The notes beneath the pieces were generated by a model. It was given only the letters and a program-made list of their open reading frames with translations, ran no database searches and had not been told where the DNA came from. Of a DNA stretch of 64,000 bases, positions 18,809 to 27,481 are shown in pieces. The position numbers were made by a program, and so were the translations under genes. This DNA comes from an uncultured virus (IMG/VR IMGVR_UViG_3300034375_009390) (Duplodnaviria; Heunggongvirae; Uroviricota; Caudoviricetes), in IMG/VR virus record IMGVR_UViG_3300034375_009390. One strand, written 5' to 3'. The first letter of the stretch is position 1; each line of letters starts with the position of its first letter.

Positions 18809-19242
18809 CGAACCTGAACGTCAATCCCGATGCGGTATTCAGAACCAGTACGACCCTTCAACTGGATGTAAGCGGCGTACGAACCGGAAGCGGCGATTCG
18901 CTGCTGAGTCACCGTCGAGTTCCTTCGGCTGTACTTGGAAGGGCTGGCGACCATAACCTCGGAACCAGCGGAGTCAAGGATAATAACGTCGCCGCATTCC
19001 CGCTGATCGCGGATATCAACTTGGAGGATTCCGGTAGCGTTAACGGTCAGAGGGTAGTAATCAGAAATACCGTAAAGACCATCAGCGATATATTCACGTG
19101 CCGAGGCGCTGGTGATCACCACGCCGCTTGCGTCGAGAGTGCGGCGCTGGTCAAAATGCGTCGAGATGGAGCGCTGGCTGGAGCTGGAAACCCCACTAGC
19201 CAGAGTGGGGTCGAGCTCTAAATTTTTCGAAAATTGAGTCAT
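18805..19242 (-). CDS. Hypothetical beta-rich protein
   Basis: 145-aa ORF coupled to the endolysin. Confidence 0.65.
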   Translation of the reverse strand: MTQFSKNLELDPTLASGVSSSSQRSISTHFDQRRTLDASGVVITSASAREYIADGLYGISDYYPLTVNATGILQVDIRDQRECGDVIILDSAGSEVMVASPSKYSRRNSTVTQQRIAASGSYAAYIQLKGRTGSEYRIGIDVQVR

Positions 19243-19333
19243 CTTTCGACCCTACGATACTTAAATTATAAACGTTTAATACCGGTGTCTCTAACGTCAA
19301 TGTCCTAAACTTTAAGGGAGGCGAAACGACACC

Positions 19334-19597
19334 GTGGAAGCTATTGTTGCTGCAGTTGGCGTATTCGCCGCTCTGGTCACGTGGAGTCACGAACAACGAC
19401 AGCGTGTCGTTAATGACCGGTTTGAGTCGATTAAGACTCGCATAACAACGGCAGAGAAACAGTTAAAAGAGCTACCAGAAAAGTACGTTCTTAAGTCAGA
19501 TTTAAACGCTGAACTAGACGATATTAGAGTCTGGTTGAGATCAATCAACGACAAGTTAGATCGTTTGATTATCGGTAAAGTAAATGAAAAGTTCTAA
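19334..19597 (+). CDS. Membrane-anchored coiled-coil protein (lysis-associated?)
   Basis: N-terminal TM, YVLKSDL, DKLDRL. Confidence 0.6.
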   Translation: MEAIVAAVGVFAALVTWSHEQRQRVVNDRFESIKTRITTAEKQLKELPEKYVLKSDLNAELDDIRVWLRSINDKLDRLIIGKVNEKF

Positions 19598-19898
19598 CTA
19601 CAACATTTGGTTAGCTTTGTGCTATGAACTACTGATTAAGTTAGGTGAACACTATAAACGCCTGAAGACTAATCACTGGGTCAAACTGGCGCTTCGGTAT
19701 TGCCACGAGGATTGGGTTCTCTGGAAAGTCGAGAACACGCTGAAGTCCGTCGACCGCGATATCGAAAAAATCGTTGAGGAGTGGGATAAACAAGCGAAGC
19801 CGCCACACGAGTACATCGAGCATGAGCCCGACGGATCGAAGGCTCAAAGTTTGTTAGGAGGGGCGATGGAAATTAAATCAACGTGGCGGCGAGATTGA
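19584..19898 (+). CDS. Hypothetical protein
   Basis: 104-aa ORF. Confidence 0.65.
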   Translation: MKSSNYNIWLALCYELLIKLGEHYKRLKTNHWVKLALRYCHEDWVLWKVENTLKSVDRDIEKIVEEWDKQAKPPHEYIEHEPDGSKAQSLLGGAMEIKSTWRRD

Positions 19899-19936
19899 CT
19901 AAGTAGTTTTATAATAGTAGTAACCGCAGAAATACA

Positions 19937-20125
19937 ATGACTGCCGCTATCGCTTTTATTCTCGCTCACTGGGTGGACATCATCGCTATTGGTGCTGCAG
20001 CGCACGCTTTAGCTCTGGTTATCGTAAATACTACTCCGTCAAAACGGGACGATATTATCTACGACCGCCTATATAAAGTAATTGAAGTTATTGCAGGGAT
20101 TATCACGAAGACTGCGAAGAAATAA
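19937..20125 (+). CDS. Holin-like small membrane protein
   Basis: Hydrophobic helices, TPSKRDD loop, basic C-terminus. Confidence 0.65.
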   Translation: MTAAIAFILAHWVDIIAIGAAAHALALVIVNTTPSKRDDIIYDRLYKVIEVIAGIITKTAKK

Positions 20126-20767
20126 CTCCGATAATTTTTACACCTGTAACGCCGAAAAAGGGGTCTTCATGGCCCCTTCTTATTCTCATGTATACAGAAT
20201 GATACTTACGATCTATAAGGGTACATAGTGTTCTCAAAGGATACTTAATTCCTTCGTACTCACACCATAGAGTGTTAGTTTTGTTTCGAGCTTGTTCATC
20301 TTTTGATGCCCATCGGCAGTTATCTGGCCAGTAACCCTTATAAGTATCAATACGTTCGAGTGTAAACTTGGGATCCGGCTTATCCCCCATATCATCATAA
20401 AAAGCTTCAAAACTATTAAGCCAACGTGGATCAGCATCGAGCTTTAAGACATTTACATAATGGTTGTATGACTTATGATTTTTATCTAAAAGTCTTCTTT
20501 TCATTTCGTACCAAGAATTCCATTCACTTGATCTAACTTTACCGTGCTTATAAGAGTGACTATTCGTACCTAAACGATAAGAATTCCCGAGGCACCCACA
20601 ATGGTCTTTGCTTCTTTTTTTAGGTTAGCGTACTCGCCTCGGGTTACAGAACCACATATACAACATTCCCAAACGTATTTATTCCTTCCATTTACGACAA
20701 CGATGTCAATAATTTTTCTGTTGTTTAAAATGTCACCTACGCGATCTGAGGGACGGAGCCTGGCCAT
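20103..20767 (-). pseudogene. HNH-type endonuclease split by a -1 frameshift
   Basis: ORFs 20570..20767 and 20103..20504 join in the -1 frame at the A7 run, giving LKKRSKDHCGC...WYEMKRR...TLERID...NCRWA. Confidence 0.75.
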
Positions 20768-20826
20768 GAGGTCGATGAAACAGGCTTCATGTTACTCTAC
20801 TCAACACCAAAAGATGATAAAAGACC

Positions 20827-21222
20827 TTAGTCCTCATCCCCCGCTGGGAGCTGTAAAGGCTCCTCACAGGCTTTTTTGTACGCCACGGCGGATTCGGATT
20901 GATTCGGATCCGACGCCATCCACTCCAAAATTTTAAGTTCCCTTTCGGGGGACCAAAACGTTTGCGATCTGAACCATAGCATATGATCCGTATCTGACTT
21001 CTGTAGATTGCAATCAGCACAGGCTGCTACCAAGTTATTTCTAGTTGTTTTACCTCCTCTGGCTTTTGGTATTATGTGATCAAGCGTAGATGGATTCTCA
21101 CGCCCGCAATAAGCGCAACCATCCCAGGAATCCAAGATATCCCTACGGAAACGCTTCCTCGCAGTTCTCCTTTGCAGACACTGAAGGGAGAACAGGAGAT
21201 CGTTTTCTGACATCCGGCTCAC
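20827..21222 (-). CDS. HNH endonuclease (McrA-like)
   Basis: CAYCG, TLDHIIPKARGG, NLVAACADCN. Confidence 0.88.
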   Translation of the reverse strand: MSRMSENDLLFSLQCLQRRTARKRFRRDILDSWDGCAYCGRENPSTLDHIIPKARGGKTTRNNLVAACADCNLQKSDTDHMLWFRSQTFWSPERELKILEWMASDPNQSESAVAYKKACEEPLQLPAGDED

Positions 21223-21343
21223 TCAAAGAGTGGCTTTTGATCAGTTTAGGGAATTTAACTAGTCAAATGTTTAAGACACTGTGTAGTCGTAAAAACATTC
21301 GTAAGGGCTAAACTTTATAAGTACCAAACGGGGAGAATGAACC

Positions 21344-22099
21344 GTGGCTGAAGTCAATTTTCTGGTTAAAAAAGGGCTGACTGTGCCCAAAGGCAGCGCA
21401 TCCACGCCTGCGATTATTTTCGACGCGTCCGACCCAAATACTGGTATTTATTCCCCTGCCGCAGACCAGTTAGCCATCTCGACTAATGGCACTGGGCGGT
21501 TGTTTGTTGCAAGTGATGGTAAGGTCGGTGTAGGAGGTGCTCCCAGTAACACTCTTCACGTTCAAGGTGATGTATCTGGGGGAGACTTAGTTTATTTAAA
21601 CAATACAAGCGCTGTCACTTCGGACGTACTGAGGTTAAATACTGCAGGTGCGGGAACAGGTACTTATATTATTGACGCACAATCTACAGGAACATCAAGA
21701 TTTGTTGTCAATGGCGCTGGACGGGTTGGCATAGGCACGGCAACACCGAACGCGCCTTTGTCAGTGTCTGATGGAACAACTGAAGTAATTACAAGTCCAT
21801 TCAGTAGTGTTGGTAGCTTTGGTACTAGGACCAATCATCCGTTGGCCTTAATCTCAAGCAATGTCGAACGCCTCCGCATCACATCGGACGGTAAACTAGG
21901 TCTGGGGACTAGTAGCCCTAACGCGAGTGCACTTTTAGACGTAACTAGTACCACGCTTGGATTCCTTCCTCCTCGGATGACGGAAGTACAACGAGACGCT
22001 ATTAGCTCTCCGGCTGCTGGTCTTATGATCTACAACACGACAACGAACAAACTTAACTTCTACAACGGCACTGCTTGGGAGGCAGTAACTTCTGCGTAA
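21344..22099 (+). CDS. Tail fibre protein (modular)
   Basis: VGIGT/LGLGT repeats, ERLRITSDG, GFLPPRMT..RDAI..PAAGLMIYNTT. Confidence 0.8.
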   Translation: MAEVNFLVKKGLTVPKGSASTPAIIFDASDPNTGIYSPAADQLAISTNGTGRLFVASDGKVGVGGAPSNTLHVQGDVSGGDLVYLNNTSAVTSDVLRLNTAGAGTGTYIIDAQSTGTSRFVVNGAGRVGIGTATPNAPLSVSDGTTEVITSPFSSVGSFGTRTNHPLALISSNVERLRITSDGKLGLGTSSPNASALLDVTSTTLGFLPPRMTEVQRDAISSPAAGLMIYNTTTNKLNFYNGTAWEAVTSA

Positions 22100-22138
22100 T
22101 AAATGATCTAAACTAGGACAGACAAGTCTTTCTGACTA

Positions 22139-22468
22139 ATGGCTGATACGTTTACTTGGGGCATCGCCAACTTAGAGCGTCACGTAGCTGACGGTGTGGT
22201 TTACACTTCGCACTGGACTGTAAACGCTGAGCGTACCACGGCGGGTGGTGACGTCTTCACTGCAGGCGCTTACGGTTCCGTGGGTTTTGGTGCTCCTGAG
22301 CCCGAAAAGTTCATCCCTTACGATGAACTGACTCCCGAAATTGTGATCGGTTGGACCAAGAATGCTCTGGGTGGCGACGAAAAAGTGGCAGAGATCGAAG
22401 CCGCTTTAACCGCACAACTCGATGAGCAAGAGACCCCGACCAACGAGTCAGGTCTGCCCTGGTCTTGA
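22139..22468 (+). CDS. Tail-fibre-associated chaperone-like protein
   Basis: FTWGIANLER..DGVVYT.HW, FIPYDELT, GLPW. Confidence 0.7.
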   Translation: MADTFTWGIANLERHVADGVVYTSHWTVNAERTTAGGDVFTAGAYGSVGFGAPEPEKFIPYDELTPEIVIGWTKNALGGDEKVAEIEAALTAQLDEQETPTNESGLPWS

Positions 22469-22542
22469 TTTAGAAGTGCGGTTTACTGCCTGTCGCAAAC
22501 CACGCGGTGGGCAGTAAACTGACACAGAGTTTTTCGATTCAA

Positions 22543-22713
22543 ATGGCCTGCAAAAAGAGCGAGCTTGTCGCCGCTGTAAATTCTTACGCGAGTGCCCGGA
22601 TGACTGGTGATGCTCCGCTGGTGAAGATGGCAGCCGAAGCTTTGCAGAACATTGTCGATACGCTGGACTTCGCACCCGAAGAGGAAGTCGAAGCGGCTGA
22701 AACCGAAGAGTGA
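22543..22713 (+). CDS. Small hypothetical protein
   Basis: ATG 22543, MACKKSEL...; TAAACT upstream. Confidence 0.6.
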   Translation: MACKKSELVAAVNSYASARMTGDAPLVKMAAEALQNIVDTLDFAPEEEVEAAETEE

Positions 22714-22763
22714 TTTAACACACAGTCAGCTAGACTTTATAAAGGTCTAGCGTTGAGGTCGAG

Positions 22764-23306
22764 ATGCCGACTGGCTTAGTTAGAAGTAAAAACTTAGCGG
22801 ATCTGCCCAACAGGGACGAAGCGCTACGTAACCTCGGCATTTCGATCGAAGACGTTGAGCGCATTCGTGGTGCTGCGTTCCCATACGGTGTGCAGCCCAC
22901 GGATGTCCAGCGCATTGTGGCGTCCAGTGGCAACTTCCAAACGCAACTGGACACTTTAAATTCAACAATTAATACCCTAAACAACCCGATCGTATCCGGC
23001 GCGTACGTCCTAAAAGCCGGCGACACGATCTCGGGCACCTGGACAAACACAGGTGGTTACATCCAGGCAAGTGGGATTTATCAAAACGGCGTTCAAGTCA
23101 CACCGTCAACCGACGCATTATTTACCCACGCGGCGGACGGCACATTCCAACTGACGACATCCGTCCTTCGTTGTGCATCCGGTTTAACAGTTGAGCGAAT
23201 CTCGGATCACGACAACATCATCATGAGCGGCACACTAACACCCAATTTGTTATATCCGATTGCAATTAACGGTGTTGCGTATCATATCGAAGCCGCAAGG
23301 CTCTAA
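22764..23306 (+). CDS. Virion/tail protein
   Basis: KNLADL..ALRNLG N-terminal fibre motif; SG-rich. Confidence 0.65.
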   Translation: MPTGLVRSKNLADLPNRDEALRNLGISIEDVERIRGAAFPYGVQPTDVQRIVASSGNFQTQLDTLNSTINTLNNPIVSGAYVLKAGDTISGTWTNTGGYIQASGIYQNGVQVTPSTDALFTHAADGTFQLTTSVLRCASGLTVERISDHDNIIMSGTLTPNLLYPIAINGVAYHIEAARL

Positions 23307-23331
23307 ACTAAACATAAGGGGCTGAATTACT

Positions 23332-23841
23332 GTGGCTAATCGGAACATCTTCGCCCGTAGTTTTCAGAGTTTTAACTCTGGCGGCACCGATGTATGGGTG
23401 CTGGACGGCGAGGGTGTTTCGCTTACACTGCCCGCCGCACAGAGTTATACAGCCGGCGAGACGTTAATTCAAGGTGATTTCGTTTACGTCAGCGGCACAC
23501 AAGTTTTCAAAGCATCTGCAATTAGCGGCGTTGCTTCCTTTAACTACGGTGTAATTGGAGCTACGACAGAAGCTGCTCCCACGGGCTCTGGCGTCGCAGT
23601 CAGCACCGACGGGATCGTATCCATCGGCAATGAAAACTTAACCGCCGATGTGTCGCTGGTTCCCGGAAACTACTACTACTTATCCAAATTTTCCGGTCAA
23701 ATTACCCGCTACAGCACGGCGTCTGGCACGGTCAGCGCATCTGGGACCGATCAATATCAAGTTGCTGTTCCGGTCGGATATGCCGTGAGCAACAGTGAAC
23801 TTGATGTTGAGATTCAACCTCCGATTATTCTTTATAGCTGA
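23332..23841 (+). CDS. Virion structural protein
   Basis: AGETL..GDFVY, LVPGNYYYLS, VGYAVS; similar to 36297..36770. Confidence 0.65.
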   Translation: MANRNIFARSFQSFNSGGTDVWVLDGEGVSLTLPAAQSYTAGETLIQGDFVYVSGTQVFKASAISGVASFNYGVIGATTEAAPTGSGVAVSTDGIVSIGNENLTADVSLVPGNYYYLSKFSGQITRYSTASGTVSASGTDQYQVAVPVGYAVSNSELDVEIQPPIILYS

Positions 23842-23872
23842 TCGGCTATTATGTTAGAGAGGGATTGACGCT

Positions 23873-24481
23873 ATGGCTTCTTACCGTCCGCTAGTTTTAG
23901 TCAGTGGTGTCATCAACCAACTGCCGCCCGGTGATGGGGTTATCGGTGGTGAACTGACTGCAGGCAGCGGTTTGTCTGGCGGCGGTGTTGTCGAAGCTGG
24001 CTCTCGAATTGACATCAATCTCGCCGCGAGTCCCAGCGGTCTTATTTTTGTAAACGGGGCGCTTGGTATTGATGGCCACGCTCAGGCTTCGGGTAACGCA
24101 GCGCTGAGTCTCGCGAATCTTGCTTATCAATACGCAGTTAACTCCCCGTTTCCCTCAACTGAGGGTTCGGTTGGTTTCCTGGATGTCAAAACGAGCCTGT
24201 CGACTGCTGGGCTTCAGTTAGATACATTCCCCAGCGGCGATTACAGCACTGTGGTTTATTCGGTGCAAGCCAAACGCGGCAACGAAGTGCATTCCAGTGA
24301 AGTCAAGCTGGTGCAAAACGGAGCCACTGTCTATACGTCTGAGTACGGTACGGTGTACAGCAGCGGTTTACTTGCGACTTACAGCGGCGCGATCACTGGT
24401 GGGCAGATCGAGTTCAACGCATTCGCGAACACAGGCACAAACACGTCATTCCGTGTAATTCGGTACGCTCAAGCTTTCTAA
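23873..24481 (+). CDS. Virion structural protein
   Basis: C-terminal LDTF..Y....YSVQ...VHSSE...YTSEYG domain. Confidence 0.65.
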   Translation: MASYRPLVLVSGVINQLPPGDGVIGGELTAGSGLSGGGVVEAGSRIDINLAASPSGLIFVNGALGIDGHAQASGNAALSLANLAYQYAVNSPFPSTEGSVGFLDVKTSLSTAGLQLDTFPSGDYSTVVYSVQAKRGNEVHSSEVKLVQNGATVYTSEYGTVYSSGLLATYSGAITGGQIEFNAFANTGTNTSFRVIRYAQAF

Positions 24482-24494
24482 ACTGGGTGCGTGC

Positions 24495-24581
24495 TCAGTC
24501 ATCAGTGCGAGGATTAATCGCAACGAGACAGTAGGCTAAGAAGAAGCCTGCTAACCAGGAACCGACGATCAGAGCTGCCAC
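24495..24581 (-). CDS. 28-aa transmembrane peptide (not in track)
   Basis: MAALIVGSWLAGFFLAYCLVAINPRTDD. Confidence 0.4.
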   Translation of the reverse strand: MAALIVGSWLAGFFLAYCLVAINPRTDD

Positions 24582-24665
24582 GCGTGCAAAAGGGTCTTAC
24601 TAAGTGCGGCCCAACTCTAGCAACTTCAAACTTGAATCAAATTAGAAGTTGGTTAGTTGATCTCA

Positions 24666-24875
24666 CTACTGGGCTTCGCCGGAGAGGTCAGAGGATTCAA
24701 GCGGGAAGTTAAACAACTTTTCAATACGTTTGATTTCCAGTTCAAACTGGCTGACCATCTCGAACGTAAAGCAGTCGTCGTAATCTGCTGCTAGATAGCC
24801 AAGTTCAACGCGGCTGATTTCCTTAAGCTTTTCAAGGATGAAGCGACGCAAGGCTTGTTTAGTTTTGTATTTCAT
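24666..24875 (-). CDS. Cassette ORF, hypothetical
   Basis: Starts at CTA-ATG of one site, stops at TAG of the next. Confidence 0.7.
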   Translation of the reverse strand: MKYKTKQALRRFILEKLKEISRVELGYLAADYDDCFTFEMVSQFELEIKRIEKLFNFPLESSDLSGEAQ

Positions 24876-24887
24876 TAGTGATGATGA

Positions 24888-25103
24888 CTACTGGGCTTCA
24901 AGCTCGTCGGCGAGGGTGAGGAGTTCACCCATTGCGGCTTCCCACCCATCGCCGAATAGTTCGGGCACAAACGGACCAGGGTTTAATTGAGCAGCAGCTC
25001 TCAGAGCGGCGGCAAGCTTCTCGCCGTAGTCAACAAAGACACCGGCTTCATCCTCGTTGAAGGCTTCCCAGATGGTTTGCGCTTGTGGTGAAAGTTCAGG
25101 CAT
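24888..25103 (-). CDS. Cassette ORF (LSPxAQ family)
   Basis: MPELSPQAQTIW..LAAALRAAA..LADELE; paralogue of 26203..26451. Confidence 0.7.
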   Translation of the reverse strand: MPELSPQAQTIWEAFNEDEAGVFVDYGEKLAAALRAAAQLNPGPFVPELFGDGWEAAMGELLTLADELEAQ

Positions 25104-25150
25104 TGAAGTCAGATTCACTAAGAGAGGCGGAGAATGTTTTGCGGCTTTGG

Positions 25151-25315
25151 TTATTTGATCATTTTCTTTTTGATCCTGCCGCATACGGTGCAACGAAGAG
25201 TATACCGAGTGTAGGGGCCACCCCAGAAATCACCTTGATAGTGGCCTTCAATTTCGTCGATAATCTCCCAGTTATGGACATGACCTACAAGTAGACGCTG
25301 AAGAAAATCAAGCAT
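25151..25315 (-). CDS. Cassette ORF, 54-aa putative Zn-binding protein (not in track)
   Basis: MLDFLQRLLVGHVHNW...RCTVCGRIKK. Confidence 0.6.
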   Translation of the reverse strand: MLDFLQRLLVGHVHNWEIIDEIEGHYQGDFWGGPYTRYTLRCTVCGRIKKKMIK

Positions 25316-25357
25316 GATGAGGGTGATCAGTGAAGGTAACTACGAGGTCTAGCTGGA

Positions 25358-25627
25358 TTAACTGAGCCGTCCATACGGTTTGTCATCGCTGAGTTCATCA
25401 GCGTCAACAGTCTCGATGTCTCGCCATTCGCCTCCGCGCTGGGACCAGCCTTGTGTCCAGGTGAAGTATCCCTGTAGCTTTAGATGAGTCTGTCCGTCTT
25501 CGGTATGAAATCGGACTAAGCGATAGGCGTCAGGAATCCCTTTGGCGATCTTGGCGGCGGCAATAGTGAGGGCGGGAAGATCAGTTGGAACCACGAGGAT
25601 CGGCTGATTGCTTGTGTTTTCGGTCAT
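25358..25627 (-). CDS. Cassette ORF, hypothetical
   Basis: 89 aa between sites. Confidence 0.7.
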   Translation of the reverse strand: MTENTSNQPILVVPTDLPALTIAAAKIAKGIPDAYRLVRFHTEDGQTHLKLQGYFTWTQGWSQRGGEWRDIETVDADELSDDKPYGRLS

Positions 25628-25647
25628 GGCTTGATTAGAGGAAGCGA

Positions 25648-25920
25648 CTACTTGTCCTCTGTTAGTGGCGCTGTGTTTGCAATTTCGATGAGATCTTCGC
25701 GGGTGAAGTGTCCATCGAGTGTGATCTCTCCGAAGTCTTCCACTATGTAGTTTCCCGCATGTTTGGGCATGTTGTTACAGTCCTGAACGGTGAGACTCGG
25801 CTCGGGCTGAGCGAGGAGAGCCTCAGCCCTGTCAATCAGCAGACCTCCGCCGTTAGGCGCCAAGCTCTTTATGGTCGCCAGCAGATCGGCGATCAGCTCT
25901 CGGGTGGTTGGATCAGTCAT
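25648..25920 (-). CDS. Cassette ORF, hypothetical
   Basis: 90 aa; ALLAQPEP shared with its neighbour. Confidence 0.7.
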   Translation of the reverse strand: MTDPTTRELIADLLATIKSLAPNGGGLLIDRAEALLAQPEPSLTVQDCNNMPKHAGNYIVEDFGEITLDGHFTREDLIEIANTAPLTEDK

Positions 25921-25940
25921 GAGGTGATTAGAGGTAATGA

Positions 25941-26195
25941 CTACTTGCCCCAGCGGGCGAGGACGGCGCGAAGACCCCTGAGCGTTACCTCGTCGGTATC
26001 GCCTCCTTCAGCCAGTGATGCTTCGTAGAACGCAAACAGCAGCTCCTCATCCGTCGGCACCTCCGGCTCGGGCTGGGCCAGGGCGGCATCTGCCTTCATG
26101 TAGGCGCAGATCAGATGGCGGTTGATGATGTGCTCCTTGCAGTTTGATTCGATAGCAGTGACTAATTGACGGCAGAGTGTTTTCCAGCCAGTCAT
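25941..26195 (-). CDS. Cassette ORF, hypothetical
   Basis: MTGWKTLC..ALAQPEPEVPTDEEL..RAVLARWG. Confidence 0.7.
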   Translation of the reverse strand: MTGWKTLCRQLVTAIESNCKEHIINRHLICAYMKADAALAQPEPEVPTDEELLFAFYEASLAEGGDTDEVTLRGLRAVLARWGK

Positions 26196-26202
26196 GGTGT
26201 GA

Positions 26203-26451
26203 TTAGTGGGTTCCACTACTGGGCTGGTCTTCACCACGCAGCTCGGCGGCAATGGCGAGTATTTCAGAGCGGATCTGTTCGCATTGGGTGATGCAGCAAT
26301 CGTTTCCACACGGATCAGCCGGCACTACCTGATCTGCCAGCGCCTCAATGGAGGCGGCAAGGGCTGGGAGATCCGCAGGGGTTTCGTTTATCTTTGAGTG
26401 GTCAAGATATGCAACCCAAATAGCTTGAGCAGCGGGCGATAGATCAGTCAT
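26203..26451 (-). CDS. Cassette ORF (LSPxAQ family)
   Basis: MTDLSPAAQAIW..ALADQVVP..ILAIAAEL. Confidence 0.7.
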   Translation of the reverse strand: MTDLSPAAQAIWVAYLDHSKINETPADLPALAASIEALADQVVPADPCGNDCCITQCEQIRSEILAIAAELRGEDQPSSGTH

Positions 26452-26705
26452 TAGGGTTCCTCACTACTGGGTGCTGAGTGCTTAGCCATTAAGGCCAGCA
26501 CTTGAGTCCGAAGATCAAGAAGCCTGCTTGAACATCGGTCAAAGTTCTCTGCTGCTCTTTCGGCAGCGTCAGCAATTTCTGCCTTAGTGGTGTAGCCGTC
26601 AGATAAAAGCTGGTCAAAATCATTTTGAACGTACCCCTTAAGACCATCAACATCAAGGGAAAGGCTTTTGATTGCGTCGAAGATTTCTTTTTGTTGGTCA
26701 GCCAT
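26451..26705 (-). CDS. Cassette ORF, coiled-coil
   Basis: 84 aa between sites. Confidence 0.7.
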   Translation of the reverse strand: MADQQKEIFDAIKSLSLDVDGLKGYVQNDFDQLLSDGYTTKAEIADAAERAAENFDRCSSRLLDLRTQVLALMAKHSAPSSEEP

Positions 26706-26719
26706 TGAAGTCGGAATCT

Positions 26720-27097
26720 CTACGAGGGGTCGGGAAGTTGTTCAAGGGCGCGGCGGATGGTGTCGTACTTGGCGCGAACAGCGGCATTCGTGTCCACGCC
26801 ATTGATGATGCAGGGTTCAATCTGGATCTCGCGCATCACTTCCAGCGCCTGCTCCTTCAAGCTCAGCGGCTTCGGGCGGCGGGCGGCGCGGAGCCTACCC
26901 GGCATAAGCCACCCATCTCCTCGATCTGAGCGGTTGTTGGGTACGTGCAGCCACTCACAGCACGCCTTCAGCTCAGTGTCTGCACCCCATTGAGCGGCGA
27001 GCGTAATGATTTGCTCGATACTCCAGCCAATCTTCTCTAACTGGAGCCAGTTGTGGATTTTGTCCGGCGGTGGGGCGATGGGATGTTGTTGTGTCAT
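26720..27097 (-). CDS. Cassette ORF, hypothetical
   Basis: MTQQHPIAPPP..AAQWGAD.EL.ACCEW..SLKEQAL. Confidence 0.7.
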   Translation of the reverse strand: MTQQHPIAPPPDKIHNWLQLEKIGWSIEQIITLAAQWGADTELKACCEWLHVPNNRSDRGDGWLMPGRLRAARRPKPLSLKEQALEVMREIQIEPCIINGVDTNAAVRAKYDTIRRALEQLPDPS

Positions 27098-27120
27098 TGG
27101 AAGGTGATTAGAGCAAGTCA

Positions 27121-27315
27121 CTAAGCGGTGTGCTGTTTTAGAAACTCAAGCATCAACCGATGCGCTTCGCCAGCATCAGCGATGAACTCGCCTTTGTAGT
27201 GAAAGCCTGCTTTGTCAATGCGTATGACTTCTTCCGTCTGTTCTCGCAGGACGATGCAGCTACCTGCGTTTGGATCCTCGACCCTAGTGATCTGGGGCGT
27301 GTAATCTTTTGTCAT
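27121..27315 (-). CDS. First cassette ORF, hypothetical
   Basis: 64 aa; GGAGG upstream. Confidence 0.7.
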   Translation of the reverse strand: MTKDYTPQITRVEDPNAGSCIVLREQTEEVIRIDKAGFHYKGEFIADAGEAHRLMLEFLKQHTA

Positions 27316-27380
27316 CGTCGATCCTCCAATCGGCGGTCATGGGGCAGGAGCCGGAAACTCGCTGCCCTCCAACACTACCA
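27316..27380 (-). promoter_or_regulatory. Putative promoter and two-hairpin leader of the cassette array
   Basis: Extended -10-like TGgTAGTGT (27372-27380), then GGGCAG-c-GAGT-loop-GCTC-CTGCCC and CGAT-tggagg-ATCG. Confidence 0.5.
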
Positions 27381-27410
27381 CGCGGGTCAAGGAATTCGCC
27401 TAAGCGCACC

Positions 27411-27433
27411 AAAGCCCCCGGTTTCCCAGGGGC
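27411..27433 (-). terminator. Terminator after the tail fibre gene
   Basis: GCCCCTGG-GAAA-CCGGGGGC-TTT. Confidence 0.6.
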
Positions 27434-27481
27434 GGTGACGCTGAGCTAGGCAGACCAGTGAGTAGGTCTTATCGCCTTGGC

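Larger units (their letters stand above)
24654..27315 (-). mobile_element. Putative cassette array: ten small ORFs, each followed by a TAG-N9-CTA site
   Basis: Sites start at 24654, 24876, 25106, 25328, 25636, 25929, 26204, 26452, 26708, 27109 (7 perfect, 3 with one mismatch); mobility is inferred. Confidence 0.65.

Noticed and set aside
22471..22485. TAG-N9-TTA just after the 22468 stop
   Set aside because: One mismatch and no characteristic flanks; too weak.
24654..27123. Reading the sites as NtcA boxes, attC, dif or CRISPR repeats
   Set aside because: NtcA is GTA-N8-TAC, attC needs a long hairpin with RYYYAAC/GTTRRRY, dif has 11-bp arms, and CRISPR repeats are longer with short spacers; none fits.
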